Below are positions 20,444-32,185 of a stretch of 64,000 nt of DNA, one piece after another. Below the pieces are notes generated by a model that saw only the letters and a program-made list of their open reading frames with translations, searched no databases and was not told the origin of the DNA. Both the position numbers and the translations under genes were made by a program. Each line of letters begins with the position of its first letter. Position 1 is the first letter of the stretch. The stretch is from a bacterium (GTDB taxonomy: Bacteria > Desulfobacterota > Binatia > DP-6), in the NCBI GenBank assembly GCA_026129405.1, contig JAHCID010000003.1:59257-123256 (forward strand), in the 5' to 3' direction.

Positions 20444-20780
20444 ATGGGCGGATGCGCGGTAGGAGGATTGGCGGATGAGGGCCGTCAAGGGGGTCGTTCG
20501 GGCGCGCTGCTGGGGGGAAAGCTGAGCGTGGGGGTCGCGCTGCAGCTTATTCCTGATGTCGATCAGGCGCTTGAGCTTCTCTTCGCGCATAAGCTTGAGT
20601 TCATCCGCGAGTTCCTCCGCGATAGGGAACTGCCGGTCAGCGGTTCGAAAGAGGAACTGCGCGAGCGTCTTCGGCAGGCCGTGGTGGGCGACTACGTGTC
20701 TGTGGGAGAGGTGCTGCTGTACCTCGACCAGATCGAGGGCTGGGGCGATCAGCACCTCTACCTCTACACGGTGCCGGAGG
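20444..20780 (+). pseudogene. SAP-motif ORF interrupted by the IS3 insertion (N-terminal part; reading frame resumes after the IS at 22090)
   Basis: Low-GC coding-like segment with a SAP-like motif (LEFIREFLRDRELPVSGSKEELRERLRQAV). It is truncated exactly at the IS left end. Joining 20780 to 22090 gives ...YTVPEVPAIGDLPVLTRDEQVHLLADLDAHG... in frame. Confidence 0.35.
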
Positions 20781-20830
20781 TGAACCGTCCCGGCTTTCCC
20801 GGAGGCTCCAGATGTTGAGAGGATGGAGCC

Positions 20831-22059
<1,229 letters not shown>

Positions 22060-22303
22060 CCCAGCCTCCGGCGAACCCGGGACGGTTCACTGCCCGCGAT
22101 CGGGGACTTGCCGGTGCTGACCCGCGACGAGCAGGTGCATCTTCTTGCCGACCTCGATGCGCATGGGGCGTCACGCGCTACTGCCCGGACGCCGTCGAGG
22201 CCGTCCGCCAGGTCCGGCGCCGTCCATCATCGTTGACGAGGGACGGCATGATCCCGGAGCATCGCGTCGCGGGAATGGCCCCACCACAGACACGGAGAGG
22301 CGA

Positions 22304-23575
22304 ATGAAGAAGAAGCCGCCCAGCAAAAGCTGGGGCTACGCGTACCGCCCGAAGGGGCGCGGCGACGTGCCGACGAGCATCTACTGGCTGAAGTTCAAGC
22401 GCACCGGCGACAGCGAGCCCACGCGCGAACGGACGAACCCGCCGACCAGCGACGAGAGAGAAGCCCAGCGGCAGCTGCATGCGCGGCTCGGCGAGACCCA
22501 GCAGGCGCGCATGGAGCGTCGGCAGAAGGATCACTGCGAGGGCGTCACCATCAACGACATCCTCGACCTGTACGTCATCGACTGCCGGCGCCTCGGGCGT
22601 CCCATCCAGCAGGGCCGCATCGAGCCGTGGCGGCACGAACTGGGCAACGCGCTGACGACCGAGGTGCAGGCCATCGACCTCGATGACCTCGCCGATCTGT
22701 GGCAGCGCCGCGGGCTCGTCTGGGACGGCGGCAGCCGCACGCTCCGGGACGGCAGCATCATCACCTGGGACGCGCGGGACCCGGCGCGTATCCGGCCCAT
22801 CTCAGGGGCCTCCGTGAATCGTCTGATGGCGAGCCTCCGCCGCAGCTACACCCTCGGGCGGAGTAAGCTCGGACTCTCCTACGTGCCGGTCTTCCCGCGG
22901 CAGCCGGAGTTCGCTCGCGACACCGATCTCGCCGAGGACGAGTGCTTGGCCATCGTACAGCACTTCAAAGCGAAGCGCGGCGCCGACGTGAAGGCGGACG
23001 TGTTCCGCCTCGGCTACCTGCTCGGCATTCGCAAGGGGCAGCTGCGCCGCACCCTCAAACGCTACGTGATGACGAACGCGACGCCGTGGCGCATCGACTG
23101 GCCGGGGGAGACCACCAAGAACAGGAAGGACCATCGCGTGGCGCTCCACGGGGAAGCGCTCGAGATCGTGCAGCGCGCCTGGGCGCGGCGCCGGCCGGAT
23201 GTCGACGAGCTGTTCCACGTAGACGGGGCGCCACTCGGCCCCATGACCTCTGAGCTGAAGCGGACCTGCGAGGCCGTCGCCGTCGCCTACGGGCGCACCA
23301 ACGGCATCACGTTCCACTCGACCCGGCACGCGGCGGTGACGAACCTCCTCGCCGCGGGCATCGACGCTGCCGCCGCCATGAGCATCACGGGGCACGTCGA
23401 CCCTTCGACGTTCCGGCGCTACCACGAGCGCCGCGACAGCGTGCAGACGGCGGCGCAGGAGAAGATGGCGGCGTACCTCGCGCAGCAACGCGGCACGACA
23501 GTCGCCGTGACGCAGCGTGAGGGCACGACAGGGCACGACAACGAGCCCGATTCCGGTCACGCGCTCCGCGCGTAG
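22304..23575 (+). CDS. tyrosine-type site-specific integrase (phage integrase family)
   Basis: ATG at 22304 after ggagagg. C-terminal catalytic box (HSTRHAAVTNLLAAGID...ITGHVDPSTFRRYHE: R-H-R-Y). The gene ends 38 nt before the tRNA 3' end. Confidence 0.8.
   Translation: MKKKPPSKSWGYAYRPKGRGDVPTSIYWLKFKRTGDSEPTRERTNPPTSDEREAQRQLHARLGETQQARMERRQKDHCEGVTINDILDLYVIDCRRLGRPIQQGRIEPWRHELGNALTTEVQAIDLDDLADLWQRRGLVWDGGSRTLRDGSIITWDARDPARIRPISGASVNRLMASLRRSYTLGRSKLGLSYVPVFPRQPEFARDTDLAEDECLAIVQHFKAKRGADVKADVFRLGYLLGIRKGQLRRTLKRYVMTNATPWRIDWPGETTKNRKDHRVALHGEALEIVQRAWARRRPDVDELFHVDGAPLGPMTSELKRTCEAVAVAYGRTNGITFHSTRHAAVTNLLAAGIDAAAAMSITGHVDPSTFRRYHERRDSVQTAAQEKMAAYLAQQRGTTVAVTQREGTTGHDNEPDSGHALRA
23492..23540 (+). 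repeat. three copies of GGCACGACA within 49 bp (putative integrase arm-type sites), inside the integrase 3' end
   Basis: cggcacgaca ... gggcacgaca gggcacgaca. The same 9-mer pair occurs at 19787-19806. Confidence 0.4.
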
Positions 23576-23613
23576 GATTGAGCGTCCTGTGGAAGAACAC
23601 TCGGTTAGGGAAT

Positions 23614-23699
<86 letters not shown>

Positions 23700-23960
23700 G
23701 GGACGACCCAAATAGCCGCAAGGTCCCGAGCGCACAAGTCGGACGGAGCCTGCGGAGGCGATGCCGAGGCGCAGCGCGTGCGCCGCGGCGAGCCGAAAAG
23801 GCTTCGCTCGCGTCGCGGTCGGCGCCGACGCCGAAGACGATCGGCGCGATCGCGTCGCGCCGGCCGCCCGCGAGGCGCGTGTGGTCCGCGTGAAGGGCAT
23901 CGGCCGGCGGGTGCGCGGCGCGGCGGCAGCGTCGCGCGCCGCCGTTCGGCACTCCGGGCT

Positions 23961-25175
23961 TCAGGCCGCGCCGGCGGCGGCGCTTGGCGACAGCAGCGTG
24001 ACGACCGTGATCTCGCGCGGCGCGCCGACGCGGATGCGCTGGCCGCTGATGCCGAGGCCGCGGTTCACGTGCAGCAGCGTACCGTGGCGGGCGAACGTGC
24101 CGGCGTCGAAGCGGGTCATGAGGATGCGCGCCGGATTGAGGCGCGGCAGGCCCGGGACGGCGAGCTGGCCGCCGTGGGTGTGGCCGGCGAGCGTCAGCGG
24201 GACGCCGAGCCGCGCCGCCGTCTCGTAGATGGCGGGGTGGTGGCAGAGCAGCACCGCCGCGTCGCCCGCCGGCACCTGCGCCAGCAGCTCCGGAAGCACC
24301 GCGCACGCCGCCGCCGTGTCGCGATACTCGAGGCCGACGAGCCACAGCGTCGCGCCGTGGAGGGTCACCGGCGCGACGGTGTCGCGCAGCAGGGTCCACG
24401 TCGTGTGGCGCGCGATCGCCGCCGCGACGCGGTCGAGGCCCGCGCCCTCGTCGTGGTTGCCGAGGATGGCGTAGACGCCGTGGCGGGCACCGATCGACGC
24501 CAGCGCCGGCACCCACGCCTCGAGGTCGGTGCGCTTCGAGTCGACGACGTCGCCGGTCACCACGATCACGTCGGGGTCGATCTCGGCGAGACGCGCGACG
24601 ACGTCGCCGAGCGCGGCGCGATCGGCCAGCGGGCCGAGGTGCAGGTCGCTCAGGTGCACGATGCGCAGACCGTCGAGCGCGGGCGGCAGCCCGGGCAGCG
24701 ACACGAGGAGGGGCGTCACGCGCAGGCGGCGATGGCCGGCGACGTAGCCCCAGGTGGCGACCAGCATCACGAGCGCGACCGACGGCCACGCCACCGCCGC
24801 GAAGCCCGGGCCGAGGAACGGCGCGGCGGCGGCGGCGAGCTGGCCCGCGTCGGCGGGCAGGGCGCCGAGGCGGTCGACGACCATCCAGCCCATCGCGGCG
24901 GCGCCGAGCGTCAGCGCACCGGCCGCCGACACGAAGCCGGTCGCGAGCACCGCCTGCGCCGCGCGCTTCGGCAGGTGGCCGTCGGGCGCCTCGCGCTCGT
25001 AGCCCTCGGCCGCGGCGCGGTTCAGCAGCGTCAGCAGGACGACGGCGACGACGTGCCAGAGCGGTGCGAGCGGCGGATCGACGAGGGCGCAGACGAGCGT
25101 CCACTCGCCGAGCGCGCCCGCGAGCGCGATCGTCCACCAGAAGCGACGCAGGAGGAGTCGGCCGAGCCAGGTCAT
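23961..25175 (-). CDS. membrane-anchored metallophosphoesterase (calcineurin-like)
   Basis: Start MTWLGRLLLRRFWWTIALAG with 4-5 TM helices. Then GDVVDS / GNHDE / GHTHGGQ phosphoesterase motifs. The ATG overlaps the AKR stop. Confidence 0.7.
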   Translation of the reverse strand: MTWLGRLLLRRFWWTIALAGALGEWTLVCALVDPPLAPLWHVVAVVLLTLLNRAAAEGYEREAPDGHLPKRAAQAVLATGFVSAAGALTLGAAAMGWMVVDRLGALPADAGQLAAAAAPFLGPGFAAVAWPSVALVMLVATWGYVAGHRRLRVTPLLVSLPGLPPALDGLRIVHLSDLHLGPLADRAALGDVVARLAEIDPDVIVVTGDVVDSKRTDLEAWVPALASIGARHGVYAILGNHDEGAGLDRVAAAIARHTTWTLLRDTVAPVTLHGATLWLVGLEYRDTAAACAVLPELLAQVPAGDAAVLLCHHPAIYETAARLGVPLTLAGHTHGGQLAVPGLPRLNPARILMTRFDAGTFARHGTLLHVNRGLGISGQRIRVGAPREITVVTLLSPSAAAGAA

Positions 25176-26176
25176 GCGGCGCCGAGCCAGCGTTGGATCA
25201 TGTCGAGGAAGGGGCTCGGGTACTCGGGGACGAGCGCGCCGATGGCGTCGAGCCGCGCCTGGAGCGCATCCGGCACGGCCACGTCCGCGGCGCCGAGCGT
25301 GTCGGCGAGCTGCGCCTCGGTGCGGGCGCCGAGGATCACCGAGGTGATCTCCGGCTTCGCGAGCTGCCAGGCGATGGCGAGCTGCGCCGGCGTGCAGCCG
25401 AGCTCGGCGGCGCACGCGCGCAGCACGTCGACGACGTCGTGCGCGCGCTCGCTCAGGTAGTCGGCGTAGAACTCCATGTCGCGGTCGCCGAGGCGCGTGC
25501 CCGCGGGCCGCTCGCCGCGCGCGACCTTGCCGGTGAGCATGCCGGCGGCGAGCGGGCTCCAGGTGATGATCCCCACGCCCTCCTCGCGGCAGAGCGCGAA
25601 GTGCTCGCGCTCGATCGCACGTACCAGCAGGTTGTAGTGCGGCTGGAGCGACACGTAGCGGCTCCAGCCGTGGCGATCGGCGATCGCGAGCGCCTTCATG
25701 AGGCGATAGGCGCGGTAGTTCGACGCCCCGACGTAGAGCACCTTGCCCGCGCGCACGAGGTCATGGAGCGCGGCGACGGTCTCCTCGAGCGGCGTCCACG
25801 GATCCTCGGCGTGGATCTGGTAGAGGTCGACGTAGTCGGTGCGGAGGCGGCGGAGACTCGCGTCGCAGGCCTCGCGGATGTGCTTGCGCGAGGCGCCGCG
25901 GTCGTTGGGCCCCGGGCCGGTCGGCAGCGTGCACTTGGTGGCGAGCACCACCTGCGTGCGCTTGCCGGCGACGGCGCGGCCGGTGATCTCCTCGGAGACC
26001 GTGCCGGCGTAGAGGTCGGCGGTGTCGATGAAGTTGCCGCCGGCGTCGAGGAAGCGGCCCACCATGCGCAGGGCCGTCGCCTCGTCGCAGCCCCAGCCCG
26101 CCACCCCGAACGTCATCGTGCCGAGGCAGAGCTCCGAGACGCGCAGCCCGGTGCGGCCGAGGGGGCGGATGCGCAT
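25172..26176 (-). CDS. aldo/keto reductase family oxidoreductase
   Basis: MRIRPLGRTGLRVSELCLGTMTFG...NFIDTADLYAG...LYQIHAEDP. Canonical AKR. Confidence 0.8.
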   Translation of the reverse strand: MRIRPLGRTGLRVSELCLGTMTFGVAGWGCDEATALRMVGRFLDAGGNFIDTADLYAGTVSEEITGRAVAGKRTQVVLATKCTLPTGPGPNDRGASRKHIREACDASLRRLRTDYVDLYQIHAEDPWTPLEETVAALHDLVRAGKVLYVGASNYRAYRLMKALAIADRHGWSRYVSLQPHYNLLVRAIEREHFALCREEGVGIITWSPLAAGMLTGKVARGERPAGTRLGDRDMEFYADYLSERAHDVVDVLRACAAELGCTPAQLAIAWQLAKPEITSVILGARTEAQLADTLGAADVAVPDALQARLDAIGALVPEYPSPFLDMIQRWLGAA

Positions 26177-26365
26177 TCCTTCGAGGTATAGCCGGGGTCC
26201 TCGCGGGGGGCGAGCAGGAAACGCCGCGTGCGGCCGGCTGTTGCCGCCGCCGGGGCGGCGTCGCACGACGGTGCGGCGTCGCCCCGGCCGCCGCGCACGT
26301 GCTAGAGATCGGGCCCGCATGAGCCGAGCGCGCCGCCGGCGGTGGCTGGAGGAGGGGACGACCTG

Positions 26366-26734
26366 ATGGAACGCACCTTCGTCGCGCTCGGCGCGATCCT
26401 GGCGGGGCTCGCCGTCGCCGCGGGCGCGTTCGGCGCGCATGCGCTGCGCGCGCGGCTCACGCCCGAGGACCTCGCGATCTTCGAGACCGGCGTACGCTAC
26501 CAGATGTACCACGCCCTCGGGCTGTTCGCGGTGGCGTGGGCGATGACGCGCTGGTGGGGGACCGGTGTCACGCTCGCGGGCTGGCTGTTCGTCGCCGGCA
26601 CCGTGCTCTTCTCGGGCAGCCTCTACGTGCTCGTGCTGAGCGGACAGCGCTGGCTCGGCGCGGTGACGCCGCTCGGCGGCCTCTCGTTCCTCGCCGCGTG
26701 GCTGGTGCTCGCCTGGGTCGCGCTGCGCGGCTGA
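26366..26734 (+). CDS. DUF423-family small membrane protein
   Basis: MERTFVALGAILAGLAVAAGAFGAHAL...YQMYHALGLF. Four TM helices. Confidence 0.55.
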   Translation: MERTFVALGAILAGLAVAAGAFGAHALRARLTPEDLAIFETGVRYQMYHALGLFAVAWAMTRWWGTGVTLAGWLFVAGTVLFSGSLYVLVLSGQRWLGAVTPLGGLSFLAAWLVLAWVALRG

Positions 26735-26744
26735 AACCGGGCCG

Positions 26745-27167
26745 TCAGGCGAAGGCGTCGAGCAGGTGGCGGCTGAGCGCGCGGTCGGCGCGCAGGAGCA
26801 TGGTTCCGGCGCGGCCGTAGAGGCGGGCGTGGACAAGATCGAGGCGGCCGAGGTCCGGGGCCAGGTCCTGGATCGGCGGCGGCGCCTGGCCGGTGAGCGA
26901 GGGCGTCGGGTCCGGGCGCGACGGCGGCGCATCGGCGGCGACGCGGGCGTCGACCGGCGCCGTGCGCGCGACCGCGTCGACGGCGCGCACGCGCAGCGCG
27001 GTCGCCTGTCGCACGAGCTCGGCGGCGGCGACGGGGTCCATGTCGGCAATATCGGCAGGGTGCGCGCCGCGACAGGCCAGGGCACTGGCGGATGCGCGAT
27101 ACGGCAACATACACGGGGTGCGGCGCGTTGCGCCCGCGACACCACGCGGGCGCGGCAGCGACCGCAT
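26745..27167 (-). CDS. hypothetical protein downstream of menE (weak)
   Basis: Only the ORF and high GC3 support it. No family recognised. Confidence 0.2.
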   Translation of the reverse strand: MRSLPRPRGVAGATRRTPCMLPYRASASALACRGAHPADIADMDPVAAAELVRQATALRVRAVDAVARTAPVDARVAADAPPSRPDPTPSLTGQAPPPIQDLAPDLGRLDLVHARLYGRAGTMLLRADRALSRHLLDAFA

Positions 27168-27194
27168 CGACAGGCGCCGGCTGCCAGCGCGCGA

Positions 27195-28589
27195 TCATAT
27201 GCGCCGCACCCGCGCCGCCGGCTGCGTGCCGTCAACGAGGAAGAGCCGACGCGGCAGCTTGTGCGCCGCCAGCCCGCCGCGCGCGGCGGCGCGCAGCGTC
27301 TCGAGCGTCGGCGTCGCGCCCGCCACGGGAACCACCCAGGCCGCGACGGCCTGCCCCCATTCGGCGTCGGGCACCGCCGCGACGGTGACCTCCGCGACGC
27401 CGGCCACGCCCGCGAGCGCGGCTTCGACCTCCGCCGGTGCGACGTTCTCGCCGCCGGTGACGATGACGTCGTCGCGCCGGCCGAGGACGTGCAGGCGACC
27501 GTCGACGCCGAGGCGACCGAGATCCTGCGTGCGCAGCCAGCCGTCGGCCGCGGTCACGGGAAGGATCGCGCCGTCGGCGCCGAGACGCCCGGCGCTCACG
27601 GTCGGCCCTTGGACGTGGATCTCGCCGTCTTCGTCGGGCGCCGCCGGCGTGCCGTCGGCGCGGACGATGCGCACCCGTGTCGGCAGCAGCGGCAGACCTG
27701 CCGAGCCGTCGAGCGCGCGCGGATCGCCGGGCGCCGCGGTCGCGATCTGCGACGCCGCCTCGGTGCAGCCGTACGTCGGCGCCAGCGGCCAGCCGCGCCG
27801 CTCGCGCAGCAGCGCAGGCGGGGCACGGCGCCGCCAGATCAGCGCATCACCCAGCGACGGCGGCGGCGCCACCTCGCGCAGGCGGGCGAGCGCGGTCGGC
27901 ACCAGCGAGATGCGCGTCGGCGCATGCTCGCGGAAGCTGCGCGCGACGGTCTCGACGTCGAAGCCGTCGTGGAGGAGCACGGTGCTGCCGGCGAGGACGC
28001 TGCGCAGGACGACCGCGAGGCCGCCGACGTGCCAGAGAGGCAGGCAGGCGAGCCAGCGCTCGTCCGGCGTCATGCCGAGGCGGGCGGCGTTGCCGACCGC
28101 GCTCCACAGGTGGTTCGCGGCCGTGAGGACGATCGGCTTCGGGTTGCCACTCGTGCCCGACGTGAAGACGACGGTGTGCGGCCGGTCGAGGACCAGCGCC
28201 GGCGGCGTGGGCGCCGGCGGCGCGCCCGCAACGTCGGGTCAGGCGCGCCAGGCGGCGGGCGTGGCGCTCAGCCCGAGGGCGACGAGGACGCGTGCGCCGA
28301 CATCGCGCAGGCGCTGCGCCATCTCGGCGTCCGTCCAGCGCGGATCGCAGAGGACGAGCAGCGCACGTGCGCGCAGCCGCGGACCGCGGTGACCGACGCC
28401 ACCGCCGTTGCGCAGCGACCGCACCACCAGCACGCCGGGCGCAGCGCCGAGCGCGCGCAGGTGATGGGCGAGCCCCGCCGCCCGGCGCTCGAGCGCCGCG
28501 TAGTCGACCCGCGTGCCGTCGGCGAGGACGAGCGCGGCATGGTCGCCGCGGACGCGCGCCTGGGCGTGGAGCCAGTCGGGAACGGTCAC
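27195..28589 (-). pseudogene. menE: o-succinylbenzoate-CoA ligase (MenE)-like AMP-dependent ligase with in-frame TGA at 28239-28241
   Basis: N-terminal half (…LVLADGTRVDYAALERRAAGLAHHLRALGAAPGVLV...) and C-terminal half (VVFTSGTSGNPK...GMTPDERWLACLPLWHVGG...YGCTEAASQ...) are in the same frame. They are separated by a single TGA between ...TPAAWRA and PDVAGAPP. Confidence 0.6.
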
Positions 28590-29650
28590 GCGGCCTCGAC
28601 GACGCGCCAGCGTGCCAGCGCGCCGGCGTCGAGCTCGCCCAGGCCGGGCCCCGGCGGCAGCGCCATGGTGGGATGGGGACGGAGCGGCGTGCGCACGAGG
28701 TCGCCGGCGAGGAGCGCCGTGGTCGCGAGCCCGCAGGGCGGCGGCGCGTCGGCCAGGGCGGCGGCGAGATGGAGTGCTGCGGCGGTGGCGATCGAGCCGT
28801 CGAGCGCGGTCGTCACCGTGGTCGCGAGGCCGAGGCGGCGGGCCGCCGCCGCCGTCGGCAAGCGCGGGCCGGGCCGCCGACCTGCACGAAACTTCAGCAC
28901 GACGACGTCCGCGGCTTCTACGCCGCGGCTGGCGCCCTGCTGCCGGCCCGACCACCATCTCGTCGGCGCCGATGCGCACGCCGGCGCGTCGGCAGGCCGC
29001 GAGCGCGGCGTCGTCGCCCGGGGGCGCGGGCTGCTCGAGCTTGCGAGGCGGGCCGCCGCCAGGCGGGCGGCGGCTGCCGCCGCGCGCGCGCCCGGCCAGC
29101 GGCCGTTGGCGTCGCGCCTGCGCCGCGCCGAACGCGGCGGCGCGCACCGCGGCAGGGCGCGCCGCCGCGTCGGCAGTCCGGACCGACCTTCACCTTGGCG
29201 GCAGCGGGCGTGCGGCGGCGGCGGCGAGCGCGCCGAGCGTGGCGCCGTCGAGCAGCGCGCTCTGCCGCGACCATCGTCCGCCGCGCGCCATGCGACGCCA
29301 GCTCAACGACGCAACCGGCGACGGCGACCGGCAGATCGTGCTTTTATCATCAGGAGCCGACCGCAGCACCAGATCGTCTGCTCTGGGCGCGACACGGCCA
29401 GCTCGGCGAGGCGATCAGGCTGGCGCCGACGGGCGGGTCGCGGCGCCGCGCAGCCTGGCCTGCGGCCGAGCGCCGCCAGCGAGGTTCGCGCCTGGCGGTG
29501 CGGCCAGGCCTCGCCGGGGCCGACGCTGCCGTCGGCCGCGTGGAGGAAGACGACGACCCTCGCGCCGTGATCGGTCCGCCGCGGGTCGCCAGTGGCGTGC
29601 GCAGCGGCACGGCGTGCCGCCGCCAGCTCGAGCCGCCGGATCGTCAACGC
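28586..29650 (-). pseudogene. menC: o-succinylbenzoate synthase (MenC)-like, enolase superfamily, split across at least two frames
   Basis: C-terminal part ...LDGSIATAAALHLAAALAD... in one frame. The MenC hallmarks AAKVKVG and RRDANGRW lie upstream in two other frames. The stop overlaps the menE GTG. The upper boundary is approximate. Confidence 0.4.
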
Positions 29651-30540
29651 AGAGGCCACGGCGGAGGAGACCGAACGCGAGGTGCAGGCAGGCGGTCGCA
29701 GCGGCGCGGCGTTCAGGGTCGAGCAAATCGACGGCGCGCAGCACCGCGCGCAGCGGCGCCGGCGCCAGCGGGCCGCGAGCTTGGGCGAGCAGCAGCGCCA
29801 GCGTGCCGAGACCGGCGGCGAGCCCGGCCGGCGCTGCGAAGGCGAGGGCGAGGGCGGCGCCATAGAGCGCCCGCGCCGCCGGGCGGCCGAGGCGCACCGC
29901 CAGCGTACGCTTGCGCGCGCGCCGGTCGCCGTCGAGATCGCGCACGTTGTTGACGAGAAGGATCGCGGTGGCGAGGAGGCCGACGGGCAGCGAGGCGGCG
30001 AGCGCGAGCCTCGACTGCTGCACCCAGGCCGTGCCGATCACCGCCACCGGTCCGAAGAACGCGAAGACGAACGCCTCGCCGAGCCCATGATAGGCGAGCG
30101 GGAACGGTCCCGCCGTGTACGCCACCGCGGCGACGAGGGCGGCGGCGCCGGCCACCAGCGCCGGCGTGCCGAGTTGCAGCGCGAGCGGCAGCCCGATCGC
30201 CGCGGCGAGCGCGAGCACGCCGAGGCCGGCGGCAGGACGACCGCCAAACGCCAGCCGCCTGGGTGACGCGGGAGCGTGAACCAGGGCGGTCGAGGTCAAA
30301 TCGGCGCCGCGGCAGCGTCACTTCGATCGTTCACCAGGTTGATGCCGATCTGGAGCAGCAGCGCCGTCGCCAGGCAGGCGACGGCGAGCAGCGGATCGGC
30401 GCCACCGGCGCGGGCCGCCAGCGCCGTGCCGACGACGACGGGGACCACCGCCGCCGGCAGCGTGCGCGGGCGGATCGCCAGCAGCCAGACCTGGGCGGGC
30501 GGGCGCGCCGCCGGCGCCCCGCCTGCCGCGTCCGCGCCGG
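29650..30540 (-). pseudogene. menA: 1,4-dihydroxy-2-naphthoate polyprenyltransferase (MenA, UbiA family)-like with at least two frameshifts
   Basis: N-terminal motif LLLQIGINLVNDRSD lies in track ORF 30296..30751. The following DLDRPGS...G segment is in a second frame. The C-terminal motif [25 protein letters not shown] is in ORF 29415..30299. Boundaries are approximate. Confidence 0.45.
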
Positions 30541-31371
30541 TCACGGCAGGCGCGGGAAGCGCTCGAAGTCGGGCGCGCGCTTCTCGAGGAAGGCGTTGCG
30601 GCCCTCCTGCGCCTCCTCGGACATGTAGTAGAGCAGCGTCGCGTTGCCGGCGAGCTCCTGCACGCCGGCGAGCCCGTCGGTGTCGGCGTTGAACGCCGCC
30701 TTGAGGCAGCGCAGCGCGAGCGGGCTCAGCGCCAGCATCTCGCGGCACCATGCGACGGTCTCCGCCTCGAGCCGCGCCAGCGGCACGACGGTGTTGACGA
30801 GCCCCATCTCGAGCGCCTGCTGCGCGTCGTAGCGGCGACAGAGGAGCCAGATCTCGCGCGCCTTCTTGTGGCCGACGATGCGGGCGAGGAAGCCGGCGCC
30901 GAAGCCGCCGTCGAAGCTGCCCACGCGCGGACCCGTCTGCCCGAAGACGGCGTTGTCGGCCGCGATCGTGAGGTCGCAGACGACGTGCAGCACGTGGCCG
31001 CCGCCGACGGCGTAGCCGGCCACCATGGCGACCACCGGCTTCGGCAGCGTGCGGATCTGGCGCTGCAGGTCGAGGACGTTCAGGCGCGGCACGCCGGCGT
31101 CGTCGACGTAGCCGGCGTGGCCGCGGATGCGCTGGTCGCCGCCGGCACAGAACGCCTCCGTGCCCTGGCCGGTCAAGACGACGACACCGACCTTCGCGTC
31201 CTCGCGCGCGATGGTGAAGGCCTCCGCCAGCTCGTGCAGCGTGCGCGGCCGGAACGCGTTGCGGACCTCGGGACGGGCGATCGTGATCTTGGCGATGCCG
31301 CGCGCGTCGCCGTCGCCGCGCTCGTAGCGGATGTCTTCGAAGGGGCGGGCGGACGTCCAGCTGAACGACAT
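30541..31371 (-). CDS. menB: 1,4-dihydroxy-2-naphthoyl-CoA synthase (MenB)
   Basis: Intact 276-aa crotonase-fold protein ([18 protein letters not shown]...[22 protein letters not shown]...[19 protein letters not shown]...). RBS gaaggag. Confidence 0.85.
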   Translation of the reverse strand: MSFSWTSARPFEDIRYERGDGDARGIAKITIARPEVRNAFRPRTLHELAEAFTIAREDAKVGVVVLTGQGTEAFCAGGDQRIRGHAGYVDDAGVPRLNVLDLQRQIRTLPKPVVAMVAGYAVGGGHVLHVVCDLTIAADNAVFGQTGPRVGSFDGGFGAGFLARIVGHKKAREIWLLCRRYDAQQALEMGLVNTVVPLARLEAETVAWCREMLALSPLALRCLKAAFNADTDGLAGVQELAGNATLLYYMSEEAQEGRNAFLEKRAPDFERFPRLP

Positions 31372-31390
31372 GGAGGGGCTCCTTCTCGGG

Positions 31391-32185
31391 TCAGGCCGGA
31401 CGCGGCGCGCGCCGGCGCAGGAAATCGATGGTGGCCGCCGCGAAGGCGACGGGGTTCTCGAGATGGGTGGCGTGCCCGGCGTCGGGTACGACGACGGTCT
31501 CGGCGTCCGGCAGGCGCGCAGCCATGCGCGCGGCGAGGACACGGTAGGGCGGGTCGTCCGCGCCCACGACGAGCAGCGTCGGCGGGCGCAGGTGCGCGAG
31601 CTCGTCCCAGAGCGGCGCCTGCACGCCCGGCCCGAAGGCACGCAGCGCGGCGGCGAGGCCGGTGGCGCCGTTGCCGAGACGCACGGCACGCTCGCGCTCG
31701 CGGACGCCGCCCGGCAGGCGCGCCTGGGTCGCGAACAGGGGCTGCGCGGCCCAGGCGTCGACGAACGCGGGCAGGCCGTCGCGCAGCAGCGTCGCGGCGA
31801 GGGCGTCGTCGGCGACGGCGCGCAGGGTGCGGGCCGTCGCGTCGGCGATGCCCGGCGACGCCGACTCGAGGATGAGCCGCTCGACGCGCCCCGGTCGCGC
31901 GAGCGCGACGTGGAGCGCGGCGCGGCCGCCCATCGAGTAGCCGAGCCAGTGTGCGCGGGCGATGCCGAGGCGATCGAGGATGCCGACCAGCGCATCCGCC
32001 AGCTCGGGCAGGCGCATGCCGTCCGGCGGCGGTGAGTAGCGGTGGCCCGGCAGATCGACCGCGAGCACGCGGAAGTGCTCGGCGAGCACGGGCAGCAGCG
32101 GCAGCCAGGTGCCGGCGTTGCCGGTGAAGCCGTGCAGCAGGACCAGCGCCGGCCCGTGCCCGGCCGTCTCGACGTGCAGCCTCAT
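31391..32185 (-). CDS. menH: alpha/beta hydrolase, SHCHC synthase (MenH)-like
   Basis: [27 protein letters not shown]...[10 protein letters not shown]. It sits between menD and menB. Confidence 0.65.
   Translation of the reverse strand: MRLHVETAGHGPALVLLHGFTGNAGTWLPLLPVLAEHFRVLAVDLPGHRYSPPPDGMRLPELADALVGILDRLGIARAHWLGYSMGGRAALHVALARPGRVERLILESASPGIADATARTLRAVADDALAATLLRDGLPAFVDAWAAQPLFATQARLPGGVRERERAVRLGNGATGLAAALRAFGPGVQAPLWDELAHLRPPTLLVVGADDPPYRVLAARMAARLPDAETVVVPDAGHATHLENPVAFAAATIDFLRRRAPRPA

Noticed and set aside
26766-29570. 934-aa plus-strand ORF across the menE/menC region
   Set aside because: Antisense to recognisable MenE/MenC motifs. Arg/Ala/Gly-rich low-complexity translation.
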